A DNA stretch of 64,000 nt from an uncultured Bacteroides sp. Its GTDB lineage: Bacteria; Bacteroidota; Bacteroidia; Bacteroidales; Bacteroidaceae. The notes below the pieces were generated by a model, which searched no databases, was not told the origin of the DNA, and saw only the letters and a list, made by a program, of their open reading frames with translations. The stretch lies in contig CASENE010000042.1 of NCBI GenBank assembly GCA_949289265.1, forward strand, positions 859 through 64,858. The letters run 5' to 3'. A program made the translations under genes and the position numbers. Shown here piece by piece: positions 29,995 to 38,143 of the stretch (positions are counted from its first letter, which is position 1; every line of letters starts with the position of its first letter).

Positions 29995-30123
29995 ACGCCT
30001 GAGGCGATACGGTATTTCCTCGAATACTTAGCCACGTACTTCTTTACCCATGTGTTCCAAAATGGAACACGCGCTATCCCGAGACAACGCGCCGTTGCCA
30101 TAAAAGGGACATCCGCCCCGCGC

Positions 30124-30414
30124 TCAGCGGAACACGATGTCCGTAATCACCTGCGCCCCCACGTGGCGGTTGAGGTTGCGCACCAGCAGTTCGCGCCCCA
30201 TCATCAGTTCCTGCCGGAGCACGGCCGAGGTGAGGTGCACGTAGAGCGTCTGGTTGCGGACAAAGAGCCCGTCGGTGTATCCCGCAATGGCGGGCCCCAC
30301 CACCTCGGGCCAGGCGTTGACCAGGCGGCGCTCGTTCAGGGGCGATTCCAGGGACTCCTGCCGCAGGTAGGCACGGATGAGCTGGCCGATGGACTGGGCA
30401 TCCTTGCGCTTCAT
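30124..30414 (-). CDS. DUF721/DciA family protein
   Basis: 96 aa; W.EVVG..IA.YT, LYV.LTSAVLRQEL; ATGA overlap with the recF stop. Confidence 0.85.
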   Translation of the reverse strand: MKRKDAQSIGQLIRAYLRQESLESPLNERRLVNAWPEVVGPAIAGYTDGLFVRNQTLYVHLTSAVLRQELMMGRELLVRNLNRHVGAQVITDIVFR

Positions 30415-31532
30415 GCCTCCGTTCCTCCTTCCCCGGCAGCCTCGGCCACGTGCCCGCTGTCCACGCGGAAGATGCGGTAGTCGCCCCCCACGCGGCGCAG
30501 GATGCGGTCCAGGTGGCTGCGGTTGGTGTCCGTGATGAAGATTTGCCCGAAGCCGTCGCCCGACACCAGCTTGACAATCTGCTCCACGCGCCCGGCATCC
30601 AGCTTGTCGAACAGGTCGTCCAGCAAGAGCAGGGGCGCCGTGCCCGCCGCGCGCTTCAGGAAGTCGAACTGCGCCAGCTTCAACGCCACCAGATAGGTCT
30701 TGTTCTGCCCCTGCGAGCCTTCCTTCTTGATGGGGAAGTCGCCCAGCAGCATGTTCAGCTCGTCCTTGTGGATGCCGCGGAGGGAATAGCCCATGATGCG
30801 GTCGCGCTCGCGGCTGTCGCGCAGGATGTCCAGCAGGGGGCCCCGGGCGGCGTGCGACTCGTAGGCCAGTCCCACCTGCTCGCTGTCTTGCGAAATGAAG
30901 GAGTAGAACGACTGGAAGATGGGGATGAACTCGCGGATGAAGGCCTCGCGCTTGCGGTAGACCACTTCGCCGCACTGCGCCATCATCTCTTCCCACACCA
31001 GAAACAGCTCGTCCTCCACGGGCTGCTCGCTCTTCAGCAAGACGTTGCGCTGGGTCAGGGCCTTGTTGTAGCGGATGAGGGCGTTGAGATACTCCTTGTC
31101 GTACTGCGAAATCACCACGTCCATGAAGCGGCGGCGCCCGTCGCTGCCCCCCGCAATCAGTTCGGAGTCTGCCGGCGACACCATCACCAGGGGCACGAAG
31201 CCGATGTGGTCGGCCAGGCGCGTGTATTCCTTCTTGTTGCGGCGGAACTGCTTCTTCTGCCTGCGCTTCATGCCGCAATAGATTTCCTCGGGCGTGCCGT
31301 CCGCCGCCTCGTAGAAGCCCTGTATCATGAAGAAGTCGGCCCCGTGCAGGATGTTCTGCGAGTCGATGGGATTGCCCGCGCTCTTGCAGAACGACAGGTA
31401 GTAGACGGCATCCAGCAGGTTGGTCTTGCCCATGCCGTTGCGGCCGAAGAAGCAGTTGAGCTTGGGCGAAAAGGCCAGCTCCACCTGCTCCAGGTTCTTG
31501 TAGTTGAGGATGGAAATGCGGTTCAGTATCAT
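30411..31532 (-). CDS. recF: DNA replication/repair protein RecF
   Basis: GRNGMGKTN Walker A, RRRFMD, GSQGQ, LLLLDD; -7 box at 31577-31584. Confidence 0.97.
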   Translation of the reverse strand: MILNRISILNYKNLEQVELAFSPKLNCFFGRNGMGKTNLLDAVYYLSFCKSAGNPIDSQNILHGADFFMIQGFYEAADGTPEEIYCGMKRRQKKQFRRNKKEYTRLADHIGFVPLVMVSPADSELIAGGSDGRRRFMDVVISQYDKEYLNALIRYNKALTQRNVLLKSEQPVEDELFLVWEEMMAQCGEVVYRKREAFIREFIPIFQSFYSFISQDSEQVGLAYESHAARGPLLDILRDSRERDRIMGYSLRGIHKDELNMLLGDFPIKKEGSQGQNKTYLVALKLAQFDFLKRAAGTAPLLLLDDLFDKLDAGRVEQIVKLVSGDGFGQIFITDTNRSHLDRILRRVGGDYRIFRVDSGHVAEAAGEGGTEA

Positions 31533-31721
31533 AACGACGGGTGGTTTACGAAAGATTGGCGGGCAGTTTTCCCGCGCAAAAGTAACAAGAAATTCGTGGT
31601 TTTCATCCCCGGCTGCGAAAAAAGATGCCCGCAGATTTCGCTGAAACAGAGAAAAGCACTACTTTTGCGGGTCGAAATCCCTACCAGAAAGAAAATAAAA
31701 ACAAAAAACAATACATTCATC

Positions 31722-32405
31722 ATGGCAGAACAAAAGAAGACCAACGAAGGCCTCAACGTGGAAGAAGCAGTGACCCAGTCGGAGGCATTTCTCATCAAAA
31801 ACAAAAAGAGCATCATCGGCGTCGTAGTGGCCGTGATTGTCATCATCGCCGGCGTCACGATGTACAAGCATCTCTATGCCGCCCCGCGCGAGGCGAAAGC
31901 GCAGGCCGCCCTCTTCAAAGGCCAGGAATACTTCGAGGCAGGCGCCTTCGAGCAGGCCCTGAACGGCGACAGCATCGGCTATGCGGGCTTCGCCAGCGTG
32001 GCCGACCAATACAGCGGCACGAAGGCCGCCAACCTGGCCCAGGCCTACATGGGCATCTGCTACGCCAAGCTGGGCAAGAACGAAGAAGCCATCCAGGCGC
32101 TGAGCGACTTCGACGGCAACGACCAGATGGTGTCGCCAGCCGTGAAGGGCGCGCTGGGCAACTGCTACGCGCAACTGGGACAGCTGGACAAAGCCGCCTC
32201 CACCCTGCTGGACGCCGCCAACGAGGCCGACAACAACACGCTGAGCCCCATCTTCCTGATGCAGGCCGGACAAATCCTGGCGCAGCAAGGCAAGTATGAC
32301 GACGCCATCAACGCCTACACCGCCATCAAAGAAAAGTACTTCAACTCTTACCAGGCCCTGAACATCGACGCCTACATCGAGCAGGCCAAGCTGATGAAGA
32401 AATAA
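31722..32405 (+). CDS. Tetratricopeptide-repeat membrane-anchored protein (YfgM-like)
   Basis: One N-terminal TM helix followed by TPR helices; -7 box TACTTTTG at 31660-31667. Confidence 0.8.
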   Translation: MAEQKKTNEGLNVEEAVTQSEAFLIKNKKSIIGVVVAVIVIIAGVTMYKHLYAAPREAKAQAALFKGQEYFEAGAFEQALNGDSIGYAGFASVADQYSGTKAANLAQAYMGICYAKLGKNEEAIQALSDFDGNDQMVSPAVKGALGNCYAQLGQLDKAASTLLDAANEADNNTLSPIFLMQAGQILAQQGKYDDAINAYTAIKEKYFNSYQALNIDAYIEQAKLMKK

Positions 32406-32406
32406 C

Positions 32407-32901
32407 ATGGCAACCGCTTACCACAACCTGTCGGAATACGACTTCCAGTCCGTGCCCGACGCCTCGCAGATGAAGTTCGGCATCGTGGTGTCCGAATGGA
32501 ACTACAACATCACCGGCGCCCTGCTGCGCGGAGCCCTGGACACGCTGCAGAAGCACGGCGCGCGCGAAGAGAACATACGCGTCATGACCGTGCCCGGCAG
32601 TTTCGAGCTGACCTTCGGCTCGGCCCAACTCATCAAACACACCGACGTGGACGCCGTCATCGCCCTGGGCTGCGTCGTACGCGGCGAAACGCCCCACTTC
32701 GACTACGTGTGCCAGGGAGCCACCGAAGGCATCACCCGCCTGAACGCCGAGGGCGACGTGCCCGTCATCTACGGCCTGGTGACCACCAACAACATGCAGC
32801 AGGCAGAAGACCGCGCCGGGGGCCGGCTGGGCAACAAAGGCGACGAATGTGCAGTGACAGCAATAAAAATGATAGATTTTGCTTGCAGATTAAAAAAATA
32901 G
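32407..32901 (+). CDS. ribH: 6,7-dimethyl-8-ribityllumazine synthase
   Basis: [36 protein letters not shown]. Confidence 0.96.
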   Translation: MATAYHNLSEYDFQSVPDASQMKFGIVVSEWNYNITGALLRGALDTLQKHGAREENIRVMTVPGSFELTFGSAQLIKHTDVDAVIALGCVVRGETPHFDYVCQGATEGITRLNAEGDVPVIYGLVTTNNMQQAEDRAGGRLGNKGDECAVTAIKMIDFACRLKK

Positions 32902-32904
32902 TCG

Positions 32905-32912
32905 TACCTTTG
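32905..32912 (+). promoter_or_regulatory. -7 promoter box for the tRNA pair
   Basis: TACCTTTG, with a TTG-type -33 element about 19 nt upstream. Confidence 0.7.
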
Positions 32913-32966
32913 CACCGCAATTGAGAGAAACGAAGCACATACATCGCTCGCTCCCTCAAACGCAAT

Positions 32967-33052
32967 GGGCAAATACCAGAGTGGCCAAATGGGGCAGACT
33001 GTAAATCTGCTGGCTTACGCCTTCGGTGGTTCGAATCCATCTTTGCCCACCA
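32967..33052 (+). tRNA. tRNA-Tyr(GTA), encoded CCA
   Basis: Acceptor stem GGGCAAA/TTTGCCC, anticodon arm gcaga-ctGTAaa-tctgc, long variable arm, GGTTCGAATCC. Confidence 0.97.
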
Positions 33053-33058
33053 GATTCT

Positions 33059-33131
33059 GCGGAAGTAGCTCAGTTGATAGAGCATTAGCCTTCCAAGCTG
33101 AGGGTCGCGGGTTTGAGTCCCGTCTTCCGCT
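33059..33131 (+). tRNA. tRNA-Gly(TCC)
   Basis: Acceptor stem GCGGAAG/CTTCCGC, D arm AGCTCAG..AGAGC, anticodon loop ctTCCaa, T arm gcgggtttgagtcccgt. Confidence 0.95.
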
Positions 33132-33141
33132 CTACACAGCC

Positions 33142-33179
33142 GAAACCCGGACAGCACGCCGCTGTCCGGGTTTCCTTTT
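33142..33179 (+). terminator. Terminator after the tRNA pair
   Basis: gaaacccggacagc-acgcc-gctgtccgggtttc then cttttg. Confidence 0.8.
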
Positions 33180-33251
33180 GCCCGGACAATCACCCAGACC
33201 CGCGCCCCGACGCGAACCCCGCGCATATCCTAACTAAAACAGCATACAACA

Positions 33252-34145
33252 ATGAGAACAAACCATGTCATTCGCCCGTTGCCCACGAAGGCCGCCCGCG
33301 AGATTAAGGATTACCTGATGATTGCTATCGGCATGATTCTCTACGGCATCGGGTGGACGCTCTTCCTCCTGCCGCAGGACATCACAGCCAGCGGAGTGCC
33401 CGGCATCGCCTCCATAGTCTACTTCGCCACGGGCCTGCCTGTGCAATACGTCTACCTCGGCGTCAACGTGGCGCTGCTCCTGGTGGCTGTCTGGCAGCTG
33501 GGCTGGAGATTCAGCCTGAAGACTATCTGGGCCGTGTTCACCCTATCCGCCTTTCTGGCCGTCATCCAGGAGCTGACCAAGGACGTACACCTTCTCCACG
33601 ACCAGCCGTTCATGGCCTGCGTTCTGGGCGCCACCTTTTGCGGGAGCGGCATCGGCATAGCCTTCAGTAACAACGGCAGCACAGGCGGGACAGACATCAT
33701 CGCCGCAGTGGTGCACAAGTACCGCGAAGTCACCCTTGGACAAGTGATGCGCATCATGGACTTGATCATCATCACATCGAGTTATCTGGTGCTGCATGAC
33801 TGGGAGAAGGTCGTCTACGGATACGTGACGCTGTTCATCTCGAGCTTCGTCCTGGACCAGGTCGTCAACAGCGCGCGGCAGTCCGTACAGTTCTTTATCA
33901 TCAGCGACAAGTACGAGGAGATAGGGCGGCACATCAACCAGTATCCCCACCGCGGAGTCACCGTCATAAACGCCTCCGGATTCTATACCGGGCGGGACAT
34001 ACACATGCTTTTCGTCCTGGCCAAACGCAGCGAGTCGACGGTCATCTTCCGCCTTATCAAGGACATCGACCCCGGGGCGTTCGTATCGCAAAGTGCGGTG
34101 ATCGGGGTGTACGGAGAAGGGTTTGACCGCATCAAGGTAAAGTAA
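33252..34145 (+). CDS. YitT family membrane protein
   Basis: GSTGGTDIIA, C-terminal DUF2179 (RGVT.INASGFYTG, IDPGAFVS). Confidence 0.9.
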   Translation: MRTNHVIRPLPTKAAREIKDYLMIAIGMILYGIGWTLFLLPQDITASGVPGIASIVYFATGLPVQYVYLGVNVALLLVAVWQLGWRFSLKTIWAVFTLSAFLAVIQELTKDVHLLHDQPFMACVLGATFCGSGIGIAFSNNGSTGGTDIIAAVVHKYREVTLGQVMRIMDLIIITSSYLVLHDWEKVVYGYVTLFISSFVLDQVVNSARQSVQFFIISDKYEEIGRHINQYPHRGVTVINASGFYTGRDIHMLFVLAKRSESTVIFRLIKDIDPGAFVSQSAVIGVYGEGFDRIKVK

Positions 34146-34240
34146 GTCCCGGCGATGCCGGCGGCGGGGTTTGGCCGCTGCCGGGGCCGGGACAGGAGAG
34201 ATGAAAAGAACATGATATCAAGTTCGGTCGCGCCGGGGAC

Positions 34241-34885
34241 TCACTCCAGGCGGAACCCGCGGGGCGACCAGGCGCACACGAGGCGGCGGCGAACGTAAGA
34301 CTTGAGTTCGCTGGCCGCCTCTTTCGGCATATAGCGGGGCGTGTCAAGCGTGAAGCGCAGGCTGTCGTTCCCCTCGGCGAAGTCCGCGCGAACAAAGGAG
34401 ATGTCGGCAGCGCGGCGGGCGTCCAGCTGGCGGTAAGTCCGGGCGGAGTCGGGCAGCGGCAGCAGGAAGTCACGGACGGCGGGGACGTGGGGCAGGAACC
34501 GCTCACGTGGGAGAGGGTGCCAGGCGGCGTCGTAGAAGCAGAGGCGGCTGTCCGCGGCAGGGGCGGAGACCGTGGCGATGGTGCAGACGACGATGCCTGC
34601 CGTGTCTTGCGGGGAGGGCAACACCTTCATCTGCCACTCCGACTTGGGGGAGAGCTGGATGCGCACGTAGGTGTCTGACAGGTGCGTCATCTGGGACTGC
34701 CCGCCCAGCCTGTTGGTGACCACGGCCTTCATCCCGCTGGCGAGAAAGTCCAGGCAGTCCAGGCGGTTGTTCTTCGTCAGAGTGGGGAGAAGGGAGTCGG
34801 GCATAGCGATGAAGAGGTCGCGCGCGGTCTGGGCATTCAGGCCCAGGGATATGAGGGAAAAGAGAATGATTAGAACGGGTTTCAT
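34241..34885 (-). CDS. DUF3256 family secreted protein
   Basis: Signal peptide ..GLNA-Q; F.AMPDSLLP.L...RLD, V.NRLGG.S, DSRL.FYD..W. Confidence 0.8.
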   Translation of the reverse strand: MKPVLIILFSLISLGLNAQTARDLFIAMPDSLLPTLTKNNRLDCLDFLASGMKAVVTNRLGGQSQMTHLSDTYVRIQLSPKSEWQMKVLPSPQDTAGIVVCTIATVSAPAADSRLCFYDAAWHPLPRERFLPHVPAVRDFLLPLPDSARTYRQLDARRAADISFVRADFAEGNDSLRFTLDTPRYMPKEAASELKSYVRRRLVCAWSPRGFRLE

Positions 34886-34967
34886 AAGCTTGTTATCTTG
34901 GGATATATCTGTCTGCAAATATGGGAAATAAGCGGGAATAAAACAAGGATTTTATCATTTTTTATAT

Positions 34968-35066
34968 GAGGGACGAGGGGACGGGTTAACGAGGGGACGA
35001 GGCTGGGTTATATTGGGGACGAGGAGACGAGGGGACGAGGGTATGAGGCAGGGTTATATTGGGGAA
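34968..35066. repeat. G-rich GACGAGGG tandem units with a duplicated gggttatattgggga block
   Basis: gagggacgaggggacgggttaacgaggggacgaggctgggttatattggggacgaggagacgaggggacgagg...gggttatattgggga. Confidence 0.7.
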
Positions 35067-35093
35067 TGAGTCTTTTTTATACCGGGAAATCAT

Positions 35094-35139
35094 ATTTTAT
35101 CATCACGGGGAATAAGATTTTATCGTCACGGGGAATAAG
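35094..35139. repeat. Two 23-bp direct repeats upstream of the HU-like gene promoter
   Basis: attttatcatcacggggaataag / attttatcgtcacggggaataag. Confidence 0.8.
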
Positions 35140-35177
35140 TTTTTGCCGTAACGGCTTGCAGATGTCGGGCAAATACC

Positions 35178-35185
35178 TATCTTTG
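35178..35185 (+). promoter_or_regulatory. -7 promoter box for the HU-like gene
   Basis: TATCTTTG. Confidence 0.65.
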
Positions 35186-35191
35186 CAGGTG

Positions 35192-35246
35192 AAAGGTGTA
35201 CGGCTTTGCGGGGTAAAGGTGTACAGGTTTAGGGTGTAAAGGTGTA
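35192..35246. repeat. Three AAAGGTGTA direct repeats at 23-bp spacing
   Basis: aaaggtgta at 35192, 35215 and 35238. Confidence 0.85.
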
Positions 35247-35371
35247 TACCTTATTATCATCTATAACGGGGAGCGGGCGAAGGTCGTCACGAGGGAGGAG
35301 GAAGAGCAAGAACGGGGAACAGGCGAATGTGATAACAGAGTATATGTATCATCAAAACAAGGAGGAAGGAT

Positions 35372-35875
35372 ATGGCTAACAGGTATCGGCTAAAGAAGAA
35401 GTCCAATAAGATAAATGATGAGAAGGATGGGATGTGGCATGCGGAACCTTGCCCGTCTGTGCGGCTGGCGGGACGGGAACTGGCCCGTGAGGTAACCCGG
35501 CATACGACGATGTCTCCGCTGGAGATGGAGATGGCCTTGGGACAGCTGGGCGAGGCCCTGCCCTTCCTGCTGGCGAAGGGATATACTATCGAGCTTCCGG
35601 GGCTGGGCACACTGAGGATGGAGTATGGCAGCGACGGGGTGCAGGAGCCGGAGATGTTCGGGGCGCACCTCATCCGCAGCCCGCGTATCGCCTTCCGCCC
35701 TCTGAGGAAGTTGACGGAGGCCATGCGGGGATTGGCGCGCTTCGAGCCCGGGGGACTGACGGCGGACGGGATGGAGTTTGCGTCGGTGGCGGACTACCGG
35801 AAGTGGCAGGAGCGCACGCGGGGGGCTGACCAGGCCAAAGATGGGGAAATGGCTGGTCAGCGCGACCCGATGTAG
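35372..35875 (+). CDS. Bacteroidales HU/IHF-like DNA-binding protein
   Basis: RYRLKKK, LAREV...TTMS, LAKGYTIELPGLGTLR, RIAFRP. Confidence 0.8.
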   Translation: MANRYRLKKKSNKINDEKDGMWHAEPCPSVRLAGRELAREVTRHTTMSPLEMEMALGQLGEALPFLLAKGYTIELPGLGTLRMEYGSDGVQEPEMFGAHLIRSPRIAFRPLRKLTEAMRGLARFEPGGLTADGMEFASVADYRKWQERTRGADQAKDGEMAGQRDPM

Positions 35876-36753
35876 AGGCAAATCATGCCAAGGAGGACGA
35901 GGAGGAGGTCTACGGCTTTGGAGCGCAGGTTCTTCTCGTGGAAGGCGATGGCGCCAAACAGGAAGGAGACGATGACGCTCCCGCGACGGACCATTGACAC
36001 TACCGAGACCAGGGCGCCGTCTTGACTGAGGGCGAGGAAGTAGGCGTAATCTGCCGCAGAGAGGAACAGGGACACGCCGAGGATGCACCACGTCCACCGG
36101 AAGGGGGACTGCCTGCGACGGGGCCACCAGAGGGCCAAAAGCAGGGGACACATGAGGAGGACTTGGTAGACATTATACCAGGCCTGCACCAGCATGGGGG
36201 GGAACTGCTTCATGAGGTACTTGTCATACAGTCCGGAGAGTGCGCCCAGCAGGGCCGCCAGAATGATGCAGCCTATCCACCGGTTGTGGGCGAAGTCTAT
36301 TCCCTCGCGGCGGCCGCTGCGGCTCAGGAGAAAGAACGATACTATTGCCAGGGTGACGCCGGTCCACTGCCATGGATTGAGCCGCTCGCCGAACAGGAGC
36401 AGGGCGCCCAGCAGTACGAGGACGGGACGGGTGGCGTTGATGGGGCCTACGAGCGTCAGCGGCAGGTGTTTCATGCCCACGTATCCGAAGACCCAGGAGC
36501 CGAGCACAATGAGGGACTTGAGAAGGACGAAACGGTGGACGGCCCATCCGGCCTCGGGGACGTAGAAGCCGGTGCCTTCGAGGAGCGAGGGATTCCAACA
36601 TGAGAGAAGGATGAACGGCAGGAACACGAGGCTGCAGAACACGGTGTTGAGGAACAGCATGGGCAGCACCGCGTTGCCGCTGACGGCTTTCTTCTTGAAG
36701 GCGTCGTAGCAGCCCAGGAGTGCGGCGGAGAGGAAAGACAGGAGTAACCACAT
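35857..36753 (-). CDS. EamA/DMT family transporter
   Basis: MWLLLSFLSA.LLG.YD..KK, KHLPLT, PINATRP, YDKYL, RRGSVIVSF. Confidence 0.88.
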   Translation of the reverse strand: MWLLLSFLSAALLGCYDAFKKKAVSGNAVLPMLFLNTVFCSLVFLPFILLSCWNPSLLEGTGFYVPEAGWAVHRFVLLKSLIVLGSWVFGYVGMKHLPLTLVGPINATRPVLVLLGALLLFGERLNPWQWTGVTLAIVSFFLLSRSGRREGIDFAHNRWIGCIILAALLGALSGLYDKYLMKQFPPMLVQAWYNVYQVLLMCPLLLALWWPRRRQSPFRWTWCILGVSLFLSAADYAYFLALSQDGALVSVVSMVRRGSVIVSFLFGAIAFHEKNLRSKAVDLLLVLLGMICLYIGSR

Positions 36754-36829
36754 GGTCTATACGGGGTTTAAGGGGTTTTCGGGCCGCAAAGTTACGGAAA
36801 ATTCCGGCAGGGTGTGCCCCCTACCCCCT

Positions 36830-38023
36830 TCAGACTTTCAGGCGGACGCGTATCCGGACCAAGAGGCCGGTGACGGCGGTGAGCAGGGCGGCCACGCACA
36901 GGGAGCGCAGCAGTCCCGGCACGCTGGCGCAGACGAGGGCGGGATAGCGAAGCGGCAGGAGCTCGAACAGGGCATACCAGAGGTAGGACAACACGTAGCA
37001 GGTGAGGGTCGCAGTCCCGGCCGGGCGGAGCAGGCGCAGGAGTCCGCCGAAGCCCCGCACGTCGACACAGTAATAGAGCAGGGCGAAGAGCGGCAGGAAG
37101 GCGGACAGGGAATAGAAGAGCCACGTGGGCGTGGCCTGTATCTTGGAGATAATCCAGTGCGGGTGGCAGGCCTCGCCCAGGGCGAACATTACGACTCCCG
37201 TGAGGCAGAGGAGGGCGATGAAGGGGAGCGGGCGACGCGGGTCTGCCAGTCGTTGCATCAGCAGCATCATGGCTACGCCGCTCATCCCCAGGGCATGTAG
37301 TGTCCAGTCGCTCGGGATGAAGGGCAGCAGGAGGAAGCGGAGCGGGGAATCGGCCGGAACGAGGTCTGAGTGGCTGAATAACGAGAGAAGAATCATCACC
37401 GCCCACGCGACGAGCGTGCCCCACAGTCTCTGACCCGCCAGCAGGTAGGCCCCGGCACAGATGGCGTATGTCCACCCGATAAGGCCGAGGATGCCCCACC
37501 AGCCTATGGTCGGCGGCAAGCCGTGGGCGTACCTATATATAATAAGGAATAGGAGCAGCGCGGCGCCCAGCGTCTTCATCGCCCGGAACAGGGTCTGGCG
37601 CCGGCTCTCCCGAGGATATACCCCCCAGACAAGAAAGAATCCGATGACCATCAGGACGAGGAACCAGCCGTGGCTCAGTCCCCCGGGCACGCTGCTGCTG
37701 TTCATGGAGAAGAGTCCCATCAAGACCAGGGCGAGGCTGCGCGCAGACAGGTGAGCGAGTATCTGCCACACCGTGTCGCCGCGGCGGGCGCGCGCCTGTA
37801 TGGCCAGGGGTATGGACAGGCCCATGCAGAAGAGGAAAGCGGGGAATATGAGGTCGGAAAAGCCCATCATGTCTTCGGTTGCTTCGGCGTGCAGCAGCCA
37901 GTGGGGCACGTGACGGAGGCCGGGTATGTCGTTGACAAAGAGCATGAGGAAAAGGGTGAGCGCGCGGAAGGTGTCTACCGACGCGAGCCGACGCGCGGCA
38001 GGGATAGAGGGGGAGGTGGTCAT
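36830..38023 (-). CDS. DUF5009 / HGSNAT-like membrane acyltransferase
   Basis: RLASVDTFRALTLFLMLFVND, DLIFPAFLFCMGLSIP, WWGILGLIG, ISKIQATP. Confidence 0.8.
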   Translation of the reverse strand: MTTSPSIPAARRLASVDTFRALTLFLMLFVNDIPGLRHVPHWLLHAEATEDMMGFSDLIFPAFLFCMGLSIPLAIQARARRGDTVWQILAHLSARSLALVLMGLFSMNSSSVPGGLSHGWFLVLMVIGFFLVWGVYPRESRRQTLFRAMKTLGAALLLFLIIYRYAHGLPPTIGWWGILGLIGWTYAICAGAYLLAGQRLWGTLVAWAVMILLSLFSHSDLVPADSPLRFLLLPFIPSDWTLHALGMSGVAMMLLMQRLADPRRPLPFIALLCLTGVVMFALGEACHPHWIISKIQATPTWLFYSLSAFLPLFALLYYCVDVRGFGGLLRLLRPAGTATLTCYVLSYLWYALFELLPLRYPALVCASVPGLLRSLCVAALLTAVTGLLVRIRVRLKV

Positions 38024-38033
38024 GGAAAACGAA

Positions 38034-38143
38034 GGGTTAGGGATTAGGGGTTAGGGATTAGTGATTAATGGGGAACGAAGATTAATTATATAGGGGTTAG
38101 GGATTAGTGATTAATGGGGTTAGGGGTTAGTGATTAATGGGGG
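38034..38143. repeat. G-rich TTAG(G/T)G heptamer tandem array
   Basis: gggttagggattaggggttagggattagtgattaatgggg, partly duplicated at 38092-38143. Confidence 0.85.

Noticed and set aside
29995-30123. Short Cys-containing minus-strand frame (GCPFYG...SACSILEH) after DUF721
   Set aside because: It has no start codon and no family I can recognise; it cannot be supported as a gene or pseudogene.
32967-33180. tRNA-Tyr/tRNA-Gly as an island integration site
   Set aside because: No integrase and no duplicated tRNA 3' end in the window; a terminator and a core gene follow directly.
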